Source: Lepidodermella squamata (Eukaryota; Animalia; Gastrotricha). From it: a stretch of DNA of 64,000 bases. Numbering within the stretch: the stretch's first letter is position 1; the number at the start of each line of letters is the position of its first letter. The stretch is taken from assembly GCA_047495785.1 (NCBI GenBank), contig JBLDXI010000019.1, positions 1,550,001 to 1,614,000 on the forward strand, read 5' to 3'. A model generated the notes under the pieces. That model was not told where the DNA came from. It worked only from the letters and a program-made list of their open reading frames with translations, and searched no databases. The translations under genes and the position numbers were made by a program. Positions 1-13,723 of the stretch are shown here, piece after piece.

Positions 1-69
1 ATTGAAATAATTGAATTGAAATTGAAATTAATTTTAGTCTGAAAAATTTAATTTGTATATATTTTGCAG

Positions 70-799
70 AATGAAGCAATTCAGCGAAACTCTGGAGCAT
101 ATTCGATGCCTGTCATGGCTTTTAATCGGCGCTCTGAGCCAAATGGCACTAACTGCCCGGCCCTGTGCGCCAATCCCAACTGATATGCACAGCCGAGTTT
201 CCGATCAAATCCTCCTAGTCCTATCATCCTACGTCGATCACGAGACGGCCTCAGTCGCTCATATGACAGCGCTATTTCATGCTTTTCTACTCTGCGAATT
301 GTGGACACTTTACGTGGAGCAACTCGTCGTTTATTCGCCGACTTCCCCATCACCGCTCTCAGGAACAGGCCACATTTGCACTTCTGCATCTGAATTCTGG
401 GCCAAAGTCACGCCCACCTTAATTCATCTGTTCAGCGTTACGGGCGAGCGATTGACCGCTCGTCTAACTGAGTTATTCACCCTGCACTTCGTAAATTTGA
501 TCGAGTCACTACAACGAGCTCGATCGTCGACTCTGGCTAGTCTAATGCCACTCTGGTCGCCGATTTTATTCTCAGCCTTTTCGGGCACGCTCTCTGGCAA
601 TACGAATGTCCGCCTTCAAAATGTTTTAAGCTGGATGCCCCCGGCGCCGGGTGATGTTTTCACATTGCTGCCAGATCGAGAAACAATCGCACCAAGCGAT
701 TCGGCCTACAACATCTTGGCTTGTTTGGCAAAACTACGCTTTAAATTATCGCAAATCGAGGTTCAATCTTCGGCTGCCGTTCGTTTGTACCGCGTTTGA
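70..799 (+). CDS. unc-79: Last coding exon of an UNC-79-like protein (NALCN channel complex subunit); gene begins upstream of the window
   Basis: Acceptor ttttgcag ends at 69. The C-terminus LAKLRFKLSQIEVQSSAA..Y resembles the UNC79 end (QFKMAQVEIQSSEAASQFY, from recall), as do internal segments WLLIGAL and FHAFLLCELWTLYVEQ. Confidence 0.75.
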
Positions 800-1188
800 A
801 AATGACGAATGAATTAACAGTGCAAACAAATATTGTGTGATTATTTTGTATTTTTTGGAGTATTTTCTCACCCCTGGTTTTTCATCGCTCATTGTTGCTT
901 ATGAACATATCATTTTTCTAGTCGAAAGCTAAATCTCTTCGTTTGAGTCGAATCTTTATTGCTGCTTGCCCTGACTGCCGTATTTTTATAAAACTGCCAT
1001 TACTTTTTTGTCAATTTGTCGTGTCAAGTCTTCTTAGACGGTGCCTCTCGGACGAGAAATCCTATTGCATGCATTTTTCTATACTATTTTTCTATATATT
1101 TATTTTAGCGCGTCAAATATTGTCATTAAAATTCTCCTTAATTATGGTCTTATTTTTCTAATTTTTAGGGATTTAATTTAAGTTTAAG

Positions 1189-4100
1189 ATGGCTTTGGCT
1201 GATTTGCCGTGCTACACCTTGATCCACGCTTCTGCCGATCAGGAGCCGATCAATGAGATGAACATCCGTCAAACCTTCGAAAAGGGACGCCCTAACGAGA
1301 AAGCCGATGCTTTGAAACGCGTCATCGTCGCCATCATCGCTGGTGAAAAAATGAGCCCTTCCATGCTGATGGCTGTGATCCGCTTCGTCATGCCCACGCA
1401 CGATCATTTGATCAAAAAATTGCTGTTGATTTTCTGGGAGGTTGTGCCGAAACACGGCGCCGATGGCAAGCTGTTGCATGAGATGATTTTGGTCTGCGAT
1501 GCCTATCGTAAAGATCTGCAGCACCCTAACGAGTTCTTGCGTGGCTCAACTTTGCGTTTTCTGTGCAAGTTGAAGGATCACGAGCTGCTTGAACCACTCA
1601 TGCCGGCTATTAAGGCCTGCTTGGACCATCGCCATTCATACGTTCGTCGCAACGCTGTTATGGCTATCTTCACTATTTACAAGTAAGTCGAAAAACTCTA
1701 CATTTTCAAAGTGAAATGCATTACTTCAAATTTGAAGCCAGCTTTATCAGTGACTTCTTGAATTGATTAAAATCGCTTAAATGTTCTTTTTAATTACCTA
1801 AATTTCAAGAAAATCACGAACTTCTTGCGAGTCTTGAAAAAATCGTCGGCCAGTTTTTAACCACAGGTAGCTCTTAGGTATGGCTAACGCCAGGTAAAAT
1901 TGTGCTCTTATCGGGTCATCTACTGTTTCGTAGCAAAAATTTCAAATGCCTTCGATCACAACCCTGATTTGACCTTGCGAGAAAGCATCAATTATTTCGA
2001 TTTTATGGGATTTTGATCATCAATCGGCCCAAGAATATATTTTTCGTAGAATGCCTAGTAAAATCGCTAAAACCCTGATATTTTTCAGTAAAAAATTACA
2101 AAGAAGTTTAATATAATTTTGTAATCAGAGCAGCCTGGTTCTTCGACCTAATTTCTTAAGGTTGACATTTTTAAAATATTTTTAATTAAAATTTTTGAAT
2201 ATTTTTCAATCTATACCATTATTTTTTAATTTATTCTATTTTTTTATAATTATAATAATTTTCCAGGAATTTCGAGTTCTTGATCCCCGATGCTCCAGAG
2301 TTGATTTCCAACTTTCTGGACACCGAACAAGACGCGTCATGCAAACGCAACGCCTTCATGATGCTGATCCACGTTGATCAGGAACGCGCGTTGGGCTACC
2401 TGTCGCGCTGCATGGACCAAGTCGGCCAGTTCAACGACATCCTCCAACTCGTCATTGTCGAACTGATCTACAAAGTGTGCCACAACAACCCGTCGGAGCG
2501 CGCTCGCTTCATCCGATGCGTCTACAACCTGCTGTCGTCATTGAGCCCCGCTGTTCGTTATGAAGCCGCCGGCACCCTGCTCACCCTCAGCTCGGCACCT
2601 ACAGCTATTAAGGCGGTCGCCAGTTGTTATATCGAACTCATTGTGAAAGAGAGCGATAACAACGTGAAACTCATTGTTTTGAACCGATTGATTGAAATGA
2701 AGGAAGATCCTGTGAAAGAGCGAGTTCTGCAAGACATGGTTATGGATATTCTACGAGTCCTTGGCTCGTCCGATCTCGAGGTTTGCCGTAAGACACTGAA
2801 CCTAGCCCTTGATTTGGTCACGGCTCGAACTGTCACTGAAATGGTGATGGTCCTGCGGAAGGAGGCTATCAAAACCGCGAGTGCTGTTGAGCAGGAAGAG
2901 AACGGCAAATTCCGCCAGTTGCTGGTCCGAACCCTGCATCAGTGTTCGTGCCGCTTCCCGGAGGTTGCTGCCGCTGTAATCCCAGCTCTTTCCGATTTCT
3001 TGACCGATCAGCAAGACACAGCGGCTGGTGATGTTATGCTGTTCTTCCGCGAGGCCGGACATCGTTTCGAGCACCTTCGCCCTATTGTTGTATCGAAAGT
3101 CCTCGAGGTGTTGCCGTCGGTTAAAAACGTTAAAATTTTCCGATCTGGCCTGTGGATTCTCGGCGAGTATTGCCGATCTGCCGAAGACATTCAGGCGGTC
3201 ATGTGCGTTGTCCGCCAGACCCTAGGCGAGCTGCCGATTGTTGAAGACGAATTGAAACGCGCGGCTGGTGACAATAAGGAGGAAGAAGTCGCTCAGGTTG
3301 CGGCGGTTGGCCCGAAGAAGCTGGTCACGGAGATGGGTACGTACGCTACGCAGACGGCGTTTTCGGTTAAGCAGAGCCAGGCGGCGTCGCAGCGAAACAA
3401 GGACAGGCCGCCACTTCGCAAGTTTTTGATGGAGGGCGATTTCTTTATTGGCGCCGCGTTGGCTACTGTTCTGTGCAAGCTGGCCTACCGCTTCCAGAAA
3501 TCGACCGATCACAAGAAGCTGAAGAATGTGAGTTTTATTTTTTTGACTTTCCCATTTTCCCAAAATAACAAATTTTTCGAAGAAAACCAGGTAAACCCCC
3601 GATGTTAACTGTTTCGGTAAATTTATCGGTATTATACGAATTTCTCCCGTATTTTCTTTACTCCTGTTTCCAAATTTTATTTGCAATTATCAATCCGATC
3701 ACATCTGAAATTTTATTGAGCCATGAGCGTAGGACATCGTTCATCCATTATAGGTCATTTTCCTGTATTTCCATTGGCTGCGAGGCTTAATTTCATTAAG
3801 ACTGATTTTTAGTCAATTTCATGGAATTTTTCGAAAATTAATCGGGTTTTACAAAATGAAAAGATTTGCCTCTGTAAACTTCTGGCCGTTAATTTTTAAA
3901 TAATTCAAATCCGAAATCCTAATAAGGTATTCAGAAATTTAGATTTTTATTCCTAATTTTCTTGCTTTGATTTTCGATGTTTCATTCATTTGATGGCTTA
4001 TTGTTGAATTTCGGGTTTTCAGGGATTCACTGCGGAAGCTATGTTGGTTGTTGCTAGCGTCCTGCACCTGGGTCGCAGTGGCCTGCCGGACAAGCCACTG

Positions 4101-5419
4101 ACCGATGACGATGCCGGCCATCTGGAGTGCTGTCTGCGCACCCTGTGCGACCTCATCGATGAAGTCGGCGAAGTTTTCATGAACGAGTGCTCCACCTCGC
4201 TGTCGTCGATGCTTGGCGGAGGCGGTGACATTATCGCTGACGCTGTCACCAAGGCGACGCAGAAGAAGCAGGAAACGGTGACGAAAGTTCGCGTCCACGT
4301 CGACGATGCCGTCAATTTCTTGCAACTGCTGTCGAAAACCGACGCAGGCACAACTGAAAATATGTTCGATTTGACGCTGTCGCAAGCGCTCGGCACCGCC
4401 AAGACGAAGGAACAGGACATTTTGACGTCGACGAAACTGGCCAAGGTTAAGCAGTTGTCCGGCTTCTCGGACCCGGTCTACTGCGAGGCATATGTCAACG
4501 TTAACCAGTACGATATCGTGTTGGATGTGTTCGTCGTCAATCAGACTGGCGATAATTTGCAGAATTTGACCCTGGAATTGGCCACCCTGGGTGATTTGAA
4601 ACTCGTCGAAAAACCGCAGCCGATCACTTTGGCTGCCCACGATTTCACCAACTTTAAAGCCGCTGTCAAGGTAAGCATATTCAACAAGAACCTATTAAGA
4701 CCAAAAAAAATTTTTGCGTCGAATTTCTCAAAAGAAAATGGAATGTAAATCTTCCTTAATTGTTTAATAATTTCTCAATATTTTACATTCAAAATTAAAA
4801 TAATTGTATTGTTGAACCCCAAATTTATGGCAAAATTGTAATTTTTCATATTTTTAAGGTGGCGTCAACGGAAAATGGCATTATTTTCGGAAACATCGTC
4901 TACGACGTGAAAGGTGCCGCTTCCGATCGTTCGGTCATCGTTCTAAACGACATCCACATCGACATCATGGACTACCTGGTGCCGGCCGTGTGCTCGGACG
5001 CCGAGTTCCGCCAGATGTGGGCCGACTTCGAGTGGGAGAACAAGGTCACCGTCAGCACGTCGATGACGGACCCGCGCCAGTACTTGCAGGCCATCATTCG
5101 CGGCACTAATATGAAATCGCTGACCCCGGAAAAGGCGCTCGCCGGCGACTGCGGCTTCCTCGCCGCCAATTTATACGCTCGGTCGATTTTCGGCGAAGAC
5201 GCGCTCGCCAACGTCAGTCTCGAACGCCCGCCGGCTAATGCCGAGGGCGCGCCCGTGCCATGTCTCGGCCACATTCGAATCCGCGCCAAGAGCCAGGGCA
5301 TGGCGCTGAGTCTCGGCGACAAAATCTCGGCCCTCCAGCGCCAGATGATCAAGGGTGTTGCTCAACCGGTGCCGCAGGAAACCGCGAAGCCGGCTGAAAC
5401 TGCGGAAAATTCGGCTTGA
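1189..5419 (+). CDS. COPB1: Coatomer subunit beta (beta-COP); exons ~1189-1682, 2267-3527, 4023-4670, 4859-5419
   Basis: Motifs [59 protein letters not shown] and [20 protein letters not shown]. Canonical GT-AG junctions join the ORFs in frame. Confidence 0.97.
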
Positions 5420-5824
5420 AAAATTTAATTGACCCAAAAATAACACTTGAAATAACCCGAGGTAACAATAATATTATTATTTAGTACCGATAAGCTGCTG
5501 GTTCAACATGATGAGAAAATGTTGTAAAACTTCATCGCGGTGGCAATTTATTGTTTAATTATTATTTGCCTGGTTTCGGTTATTCTTTCTTCGGCGGTTG
5601 TGTGTGACTGGTGATGGCTTTTTGACCAAAATTTTAGTTGTGCTTATAATGATTGCGATGAAAAAATAAGATATAGCTGTGAGGTTCAGTCATATTTGGG
5701 TTGATAAATATGCTATATATTATTGAACAGGTATATAATATTCCATCTATGAATAAAACAACTGCATGTTATTATTCGGATATTCTCGTTTATTTTGTCA
5801 TTAATATTCCTAAACACTACGCAT

Positions 5825-6373
5825 TCACAATAGGACGAAAAATGCGGCGATTAGGAGACCTAACAACGTGAGGTGAGATCTGAAATCAAACGACTTGGGA
5901 CCAGCGTTGCACAGATCGCTGAAGCAGCAAAACACACTGAAAAATTGAGAAGTTTAGAAATCAGATTCGTGTTAAAAATTCTGCCTTAATATTTCAGAAA
6001 TTTTCCTAAAATATTCAGCACCGATTAAACTTACTTGACGTCCTCAGACTGGCAGCCTACGTCAGCCATACAACTGCGGAGTGCATTTCTGAGACAAAAA
6101 AATCACATTAAAAAAGGAAATTCGGGTGAAAAATGGGCTCGGAACGAACATTTGGTTGATTTTCACGCAAGCGTATTGGAAAGTTGGCGGGCACACTTGG
6201 ACGTCGAAATTTTTAGGGTTGTTGCAATTCGATGTATTGGTTGGGAAACAGGAGTAGCACTTCGACACATGTGTTGATGTGACGCGGGTTAACAGCAATA
6301 AGACTAGCAAGGCTGAAACTGCATTGGCGCAGATGAAGAGCCAAAATCTCTTCGCAAGTAACTTCACGGTCAT
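5825..6373 (-). CDS. Small secreted, probably GPI-anchored Ly6/uPAR three-finger protein (3 exons)
   Basis: Hydrophobic N-terminus, then CYSC..C..C..CVK. My spliced reading continues NALRSCMADVGC (exon ~6035-6088) and VFCCFSDLCN followed by a hydrophobic tail (exon ~5825-5936). CCxxDLCN is the LU-domain signature. Confidence 0.85.
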
Positions 6374-6760
6374 GTTTTTAAGAAAAATGTTCGTAGACAC
6401 ACACCAACGCGGCCCCTAATTTTGACAAGAGACGGCGCCTTGATATAAAAATAACCTCCCTGTGGGGGTCATTTTTATTTGTGATCACCAGAAATAGATA
6501 GGATTTTCGAGAACCCCTCTCTGGTGACGCTCATTATTATTGACAGGAATAAATGCGCAGTTGGTTTTTCGGCTGCTCCCGCATGGAAATAACATCGACT
6601 TCTTCCAGATCGCATGACAATGCGCATAAATCAATAGCCAATTTTATTTTCCAGACAAAAATCACAGCAAAATATGATAGACTTTCCCCAATCGATTTAT
6701 TCATGCGCAAATCACAACGATTGCACTTGATGCTAGTCCGTGATAATTCGGTCAAATTCG

Positions 6761-7354
<594 letters not shown>

Positions 7355-8930
7355 CAAACAATCTAGTTTGCAAAGTTCAATTTTCAGTTATCACACTCTT
7401 ACTCTTCAGAGAAATTATACAAAATTCCCACAGGTGAAATGATGATCAAAGTTAGGGCTATAAAGTGAAAATGTCCCAATCCTTGGGGCCGTAGTGAGTT
7501 TTATGAAGCTAACAGTTTTTCAGCACCAAATTACGTTAATTGAAGCACCATTCTAGTACACCTCTGACCCAGCATGCAACTGATAGGATCATAATTGCCT
7601 AGCAGAAAATATAATCGAGATACGACGGATGGTAAAATATAATTGTATCATCTACTTCAGAAAATAAGTTTAATACTTGGATGACGGTGGACTGAAGTAG
7701 GAGTTGGAATGAAAACTACACTGAAATTGAGCCAAGAGAACAACTAATGATGTAGCTACTTTCCGGTTTTGTTGGTTAACTAAAGGTACTTATATTTCTT
7801 CAAGACTTGTAGCACGCTCCTTGGCTTGAACCACTGGACCATGATAAAATTCCATCCATCATATCGCCAACGTAATAAAAATCTCTTAAGGCAAGTGTCT
7901 TATTAGCCTGTCTCTATGAAGTGGCTGGACGTAAGACCCTGCCACCATTTACGGTGATTTAACAGGGCGTCGGTTGATCAGAAAACGAATGAGAGGTGCA
8001 GAGATATCATAGCAAAAAGTGATCTAGTTCATTAAGAAACCTGATCGACAACTAATTTTGGCAGATAGGCGGCTTTTGTTGCCAGATTTTAGCTAATGAA
8101 AGGATCATACTGACTCCAAGCCTTCGATCCACGGGTCAGATAAGTAAGCACTATTTTGAGCAAAGTGACTTTGAGGTTACCTCTGTCAGAGCTGCGCAAT
8201 TTAGAGTTCACTTTGCTTTGAAGTTTTGTCTTAGCTGGTTTAAAGTCTGAAATACAGTGTACTAAAATATATCAGCGGCTTCTAATCAGATAATGCAACG
8301 GGTTAAGTAAGTATTTGAGTGCTCAGCACTACCTCAGCTTCAGTTTTCCAGCAATAATCCACTTGTGGAAGTCCTTCATCTTTCCCACCTTGGCTCTCTG
8401 CTATGTCCGAGTCACCTCATTCAGCACGCGCATCGTCGAATCATCGTCACGCCGCATCTAAACGGTAGGCGAAATAATGCTGTGTGCTTTAGCTGCGGCA
8501 AGACTGAAAACGAAAGTCATCATCAGGGAGATCGAAGAAAACTGCAATCAGATTTTGTCAAACAGCAGACTAGCAACTTACAAGAGTTGGGATTTCCGAT
8601 AAGCAAGCGATGGACCCGAATTCGAAGTCCCTGGAAGCCATAATCACATGATCAGTTTTTTGTAGTTTTTTGGCGGAAGCAAAACGCCTGCACATCACCC
8701 ACGTGCGTTTGGGAGATCGCGGCATAAAAGTAGTGGAAAATAGCGCCAAAAGTATTCACAAGGTTTTAAATTTTCATAATTCGCAAATTAGTATTATAAT
8801 ACATTCAAACAAACATCAATAATTCTTATTGTTGGCGTCCTTAGTTGTCGCTCGCTGTCCTTCGTAAAAAAAAAAGGCGAAACAATTTTTGAAGAGAAAG
8901 GTACCAATATCCACAATCACATCTTTCAGC

Positions 8931-10888
8931 ATGAGCTCGCCATTGGCTACTCTCAAGAAGGGTTCAGCCAGGTAAGCAACATTGAATCCTGGCCTCGTGG
9001 CATCACCATTTTGCTTTGTTATAGAGCGGTACCGTTTCGCGCACAGCCAGAGTTTCAACTTCCGACTATCGTATCATCAAATGAAGACGACAAGGCCTTG
9101 CTAGAAGACGTCTTGAATTATGAGCTGAAAAAGAAAGAGAGTGAGTTGAACACATACTTATTATCGGAAGGCTGTGAAATTTCTGTGCCAGGTGTCACTG
9201 ATTTTTCGTTGATGCAGTCAATGATGTCTCGAATTCAGCAACTAGAGAAGCAAGTTCAGTGTCAGGCAAAAGAAATCGTTGAAAAGGACAAGCTGATATC
9301 CAAATACGAGGAACAAATGTCAATTTTGAAGCAAGCGAATGGTTTGAGAATGAAATGCTTTATTGGTCTTTATCTTTATAATTGTTCGCGCTCTAGAAGT
9401 CGCCGATAGTAAATCTAGGACAACTGAGCTTCAAGCACAGTGCTTCATTTTACGGAAACAAGTTGAACAAATGGAGGTTCGTGTTTGATTAATGGTTTCT
9501 CAAGTTAACATTTTAGCCACCCAGGAGTTTCTCGCTGATTATGGATTAATTTGGGTTGGCGATTCAGAAGATGACGAGTCAGACTCTCCCGTAGTTAAAA
9601 TCGACGGCCACAGTGCTTCCGTCCTTCCCCTGACAGCGAGAACATCTGAATTTTGGAGTCAAGGTGAGAGTTAAATCTACATTCAGAATCTTGGATAGCT
9701 AATTTCAACTAAACTATCCAGATGCTTCAGTGACGGATATTCAATCTGACTTCAAGCCTGACTTCAATCAAATCTTGAAAAACATCAAGGAGTTGAACAT
9801 ACTGGCCGGTGAAGGTCAGTCGAAAGTCCACTGTGATTCAGATCGAAAAGAAGCAAGATTGAAGGTTATTATTTGTGGAGGTTACCGTTGCTCACGATGT
9901 AATAATTATTCTTTCAGCCGATGGAATCTATTCCCCTTTCTCTGTACAGCAACGGCTTGTTGCTGTTTGATGGGCCTTTTAGACCTTTTTCAGACAGCCT
10001 AACTCGTCAATTTTTAATTGATATAATGGATGGATATTTCCCAAGTGAGCTGCAGCAGCGTTACCCCGAAGGCGTACCTTTCAAGGTTCTTGATCGTCGG
10101 GAAGTCTTATTCAAAGACAAAATTACTGAAATATTTGCCGGCGAGGGTCGACGACTCAGATCGGCAGAGAGCTCGAAAAATGTTGAGATTAATACCATAT
10201 CTCAGCCTTCCATCACTTCTGATGAGCATAAGATGCAGTCAGGCAATGTTGTATCCGAAGAGAATTTTCTGGCTAAGCTACCAAGAAATGTCATAAAGAG
10301 TGGTAAGATAGTTGACGTAAGAACTGGCGTGGCAAACACGATTCATAGCAGCAATAAGGAATCAGAAAAGACTGAATCTGACTCAAGTTCAGTTCAAGTT
10401 ATCGAAACGAAGCTGGTGAAAGAATTACGAGACAGGTGAGTGATAATGACTCTAATTAAATTTCCTTTCATCAATTTGCTTGTTACAGAATGAGTATGGG
10501 CGAGGGCAGATTTTCTGCAAGCCAGAAAACCCGACCTGGCACACCTCGTGGTGGGGGATTGCTGATTACCCTTCGCATCAGGTCAGAAGATGGCTCTCAA
10601 ACCTACGTGCTAAAGCTGCGTCCGACTGAAACGATTGGAGATGTCAGAAATTATATCAATGCCCATCGGAGAAAATCACCTGGAAATCACAAATCCGAGC
10701 TGCCTAGTGAGGATTACGCAATCGTTCAAAATTTTCCGAAAATCGTTGTATTCGAGGATTCTAATTTAACCCTGCAGCAATGCGGTCTTATGGCTAATGC
10801 CGCGCTCTTTCTACGCCGAAAAGCTAAATCCCAGCCGTGTGATATAAAATTGCTGTCAACTGTCACTAAAGAAATTCAGACATCTTAA
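8931..10888 (+). CDS. UBXN11: UBX domain-containing protein 11 (coiled coil, SEP, UBX), multi-exon
   Basis: Start MSSPLATLKK; EFLADYGLIWVG; SEP-like LYSNGLLLFDGPFRPF..DIMDGYFPSELQQRYPEGVPF; C-terminal UBX (LRIRSEDG..ETIGDVR..FP..TLQQCGL..NAAL). Confidence 0.9.
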
Positions 10889-11610
10889 AATCAATTATGT
10901 CCTGCTGTCTGTGATACTAATGCAGCTTGCTGATTTTTTCGAAGGCTGAATGAATTTCATCTCACAATAAATTTCACGAATGAGTTTTTCACACATAGAG
11001 CACTTTTTTATTCAAATTATTCCAACCCGGTGCGTTTTATGAATGTAACGTGATTTCAGTTCATTTTTTCGAAAGCACAAATTTATTCTGAAAATTGAAT
11101 AAAAATTGACATGGATGATACATAGCTGCCCCCGCGTCCGCTTGAACTAATAACAACATGGTATTATCATCGGCTACATCCTGTCAGGCCACGCCGACTT
11201 ACTATAGCTAAACTAGTAGAATCAGCGCATAAAAAACGCGAGTTCCGTTTACAGCTTTTGCACCGGAAAGAACGAAAAGCCCAGCCCAGGCGTAATTCCC
11301 ATATGTGTCAGCAGCTTTGATTTTTTACGCAATGACATGTTTTTGCTTTTACGCAAAATTAACGACACTAAGCATCTGCGATATTGGCGTCATCCTCCGA
11401 CTCTTTTTCACGGCCTCATGGGACGCAGGAAGCAGGCAGCTACGCACTTTACATCACTCATAGCATTTCGCGATATAGCATTAATCTAACTGAATAGTTG
11501 TCAGCTTTAGAACGAAAGCATATAATTCCAAACGCGATTGCATTTCTCGGCGATGAATTATGGCAATGACCGGCAGTGATCTTCAGTCGACCTAAATTCG
11601 GAAACCGATA

Positions 11611-13601
11611 ATGTTCTGGTTATTTCTGGCCTCATTCCTTGGCGTATATACGCTATCTAATGCAGCTTCATTTCAAAACGAACGTTTGCCGAGTTGCAGG
11701 ACTGTCAGAGGTGAGTATCGTGATAATTAGGTCAAAGCTCAATATACGATTAAATTGTCCAGTTTCGGAGCGAGACATTGCTAGAGCTTTCTTTCAAGAG
11801 AACATAGGATGGCAAAGACCGATTTTATTTGGCGCCGGGGCCATGACAGTCAACGTATCGCTCAATGTCTTTTCATTAAGCGAAATTGTAAGATAGGAAT
11901 ATGAAGCCATCAAATCATAGACTAATTTCCTTATGATTTCAGACAGAGGGAGAACGGACCATCAAGTTTCTCGGCCACTTGTCGATGTCTTGGAATGACC
12001 AATTTCATGCGTGGGCTCACTCCTTCCCGCACAACTGCATTGACTATGTAGTATTGAAACCTGCTGATAAAGTATGGATCCCAGATCTCGCACAACCCTT
12101 TTCGTGAGAGCCAGTTTTAGCATCCTATCTTTGTTAGCTTTTGACTTGTTTAGGGAGAACAAAAATAATTTGATGACGCATCCCGGAGAACGAATCCGCA
12201 TACATAGCGATGGGACAACGAGCTTCAGCCCAGGTGGATACATCTCAGCTTACTGCGAGTTCGACCTAAGTCACTTCCCATTCGACTTCCAGGTATGTCG
12301 CACAAATAAAAGTTCGCCGGTTTTAGATTCTTGAATTTGAACCAAGAAATGTACGGTCAGAATTGAGAGTTGGAAATACACACATAAGCATTTGCGCTTG
12401 TCTTTCGGCAATCCTCCTATTCTTACAACGCACTGGATCGACAATGAACTGTGGCACCTTGTCTCCTGGCAGCATCATCTATCTCGAATCGCTTACATCG
12501 ATTCAGAAAACTCTTACGACAGAATGGAGTTTGTGTTCATGCTGAGACGCAAGCCGTCTTTCTACGTCTGCAGTATTGTCGTACCCAACTACTTGCTTTC
12601 ACTTGGAACTCTTTCCATCTTTGCCTTACCGGTAAGTCCAGCTGCGATTTAGACTGAATTTGATCTAAACATTCGTATTCTAGCTGAACGAGGTGATGAG
12701 ACTTCATGTCGCATTCACCTGCCTTTTCGCTCACTCGCTCTTCCAATTATTCCTTACACATGACGTCCCAAGATCTAGCGATAACTATCCACTCCTTGCA
12801 ATGTTTGTCGACCTTCAAATGGTCTACGTTTCGGCTTTAATTGCCGGGCAGTGCGTGGTCTATGTATTCATGCAGCTGTCAGACCCTGAGCGTGGAAACG
12901 AGGATCCGACTGTTGAAAATGCGAAAATCGAAGCAGCAATTGCCATGCCTTTGAAATGCTACAATTCAATCTGCATCTTGGGCAAGGTTTTGAGGGTTGA
13001 ACCTCCCTTCTCGATGGTGTTCAATAGCGGGCCGAAAAGCAATGCCAAGCCAAGTCAACAGTATAAATTAACTAATTTGGCATTTCCTCCAGGACATGGA
13101 TGCCTCGGGAAGGCGCCGTCGGGGTCATGCACTGTGAACACCGAGCAGCAAGCTAAGACCACGGCTCCCGCTGGTGGATCAATGTGGATGTTTGCGTATT
13201 GCCCAACTTTCTTCACAACTCGCAGGAGCTCTGTCGGCGCGATCAATGCGCAAGAGCAGCAAGATAGTTCGAAGAAAATTAACGAAAGCAGCACTACTAC
13301 TTCCGCAGGTCCTGATACCGCCACTAGCACCCCAGGTCTCAACCGTAGCAACAGCAGTGCCCTTGGTAGCACGGCTTACAATCCGATAACCCGAACACCG
13401 GCAACAATAACTGCGTCAAATGCATTGGATATGGCTACAACACGTCTTTTGATTGACTTCAGGAAAAAACTGTGGCGCTTCTACGCCAAGGTTGTTGATA
13501 GACTGACGCTTTTGATTTACGTTTGCTGCATTCTGTTAACGCCATTCTTCATGGGTATTGTCTCCGCTGCAACTTGGCGAGATGTCTCAAGTCACAAGTA
13601 A
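11611..13601 (+). CDS. Divergent Cys-loop ligand-gated ion channel subunit (nAChR-like fold, non-alpha), multi-exon
   Basis: Signal peptide MFWLFLASFLGVYTLSNA; Cys loop CEFDLSHFPFDFQ.C; pre-M1 RRKPSFY; M1-M3 helices; long intracellular loop; M4 preceded by AKVVDR. Confidence 0.9.
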
Positions 13602-13723
13602 CCGTAAAATTTCCACAATTTATTGATTATTGATCAAAGTTTTCCTCTGTATCATATTATTCATCGCTTATTTACACTTCTGAGAGTAACGAGAGAAGGA
13701 AAAATAAAGTTTTCAGTTTGATT

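Noticed and set aside
1165-5446. Long antisense ORFs over COPB1 (e.g. 3939-4640, minus strand)
   Set aside because: Shadow ORFs produced by GC-rich codon usage of the real gene; no recognisable motifs.
8021-8106. Imperfect palindrome between HINT and UBXN11
   Set aside because: Pairing is weak and gapped; most likely a decayed MITE. Kept only as evidence that foldbacks are common background here.
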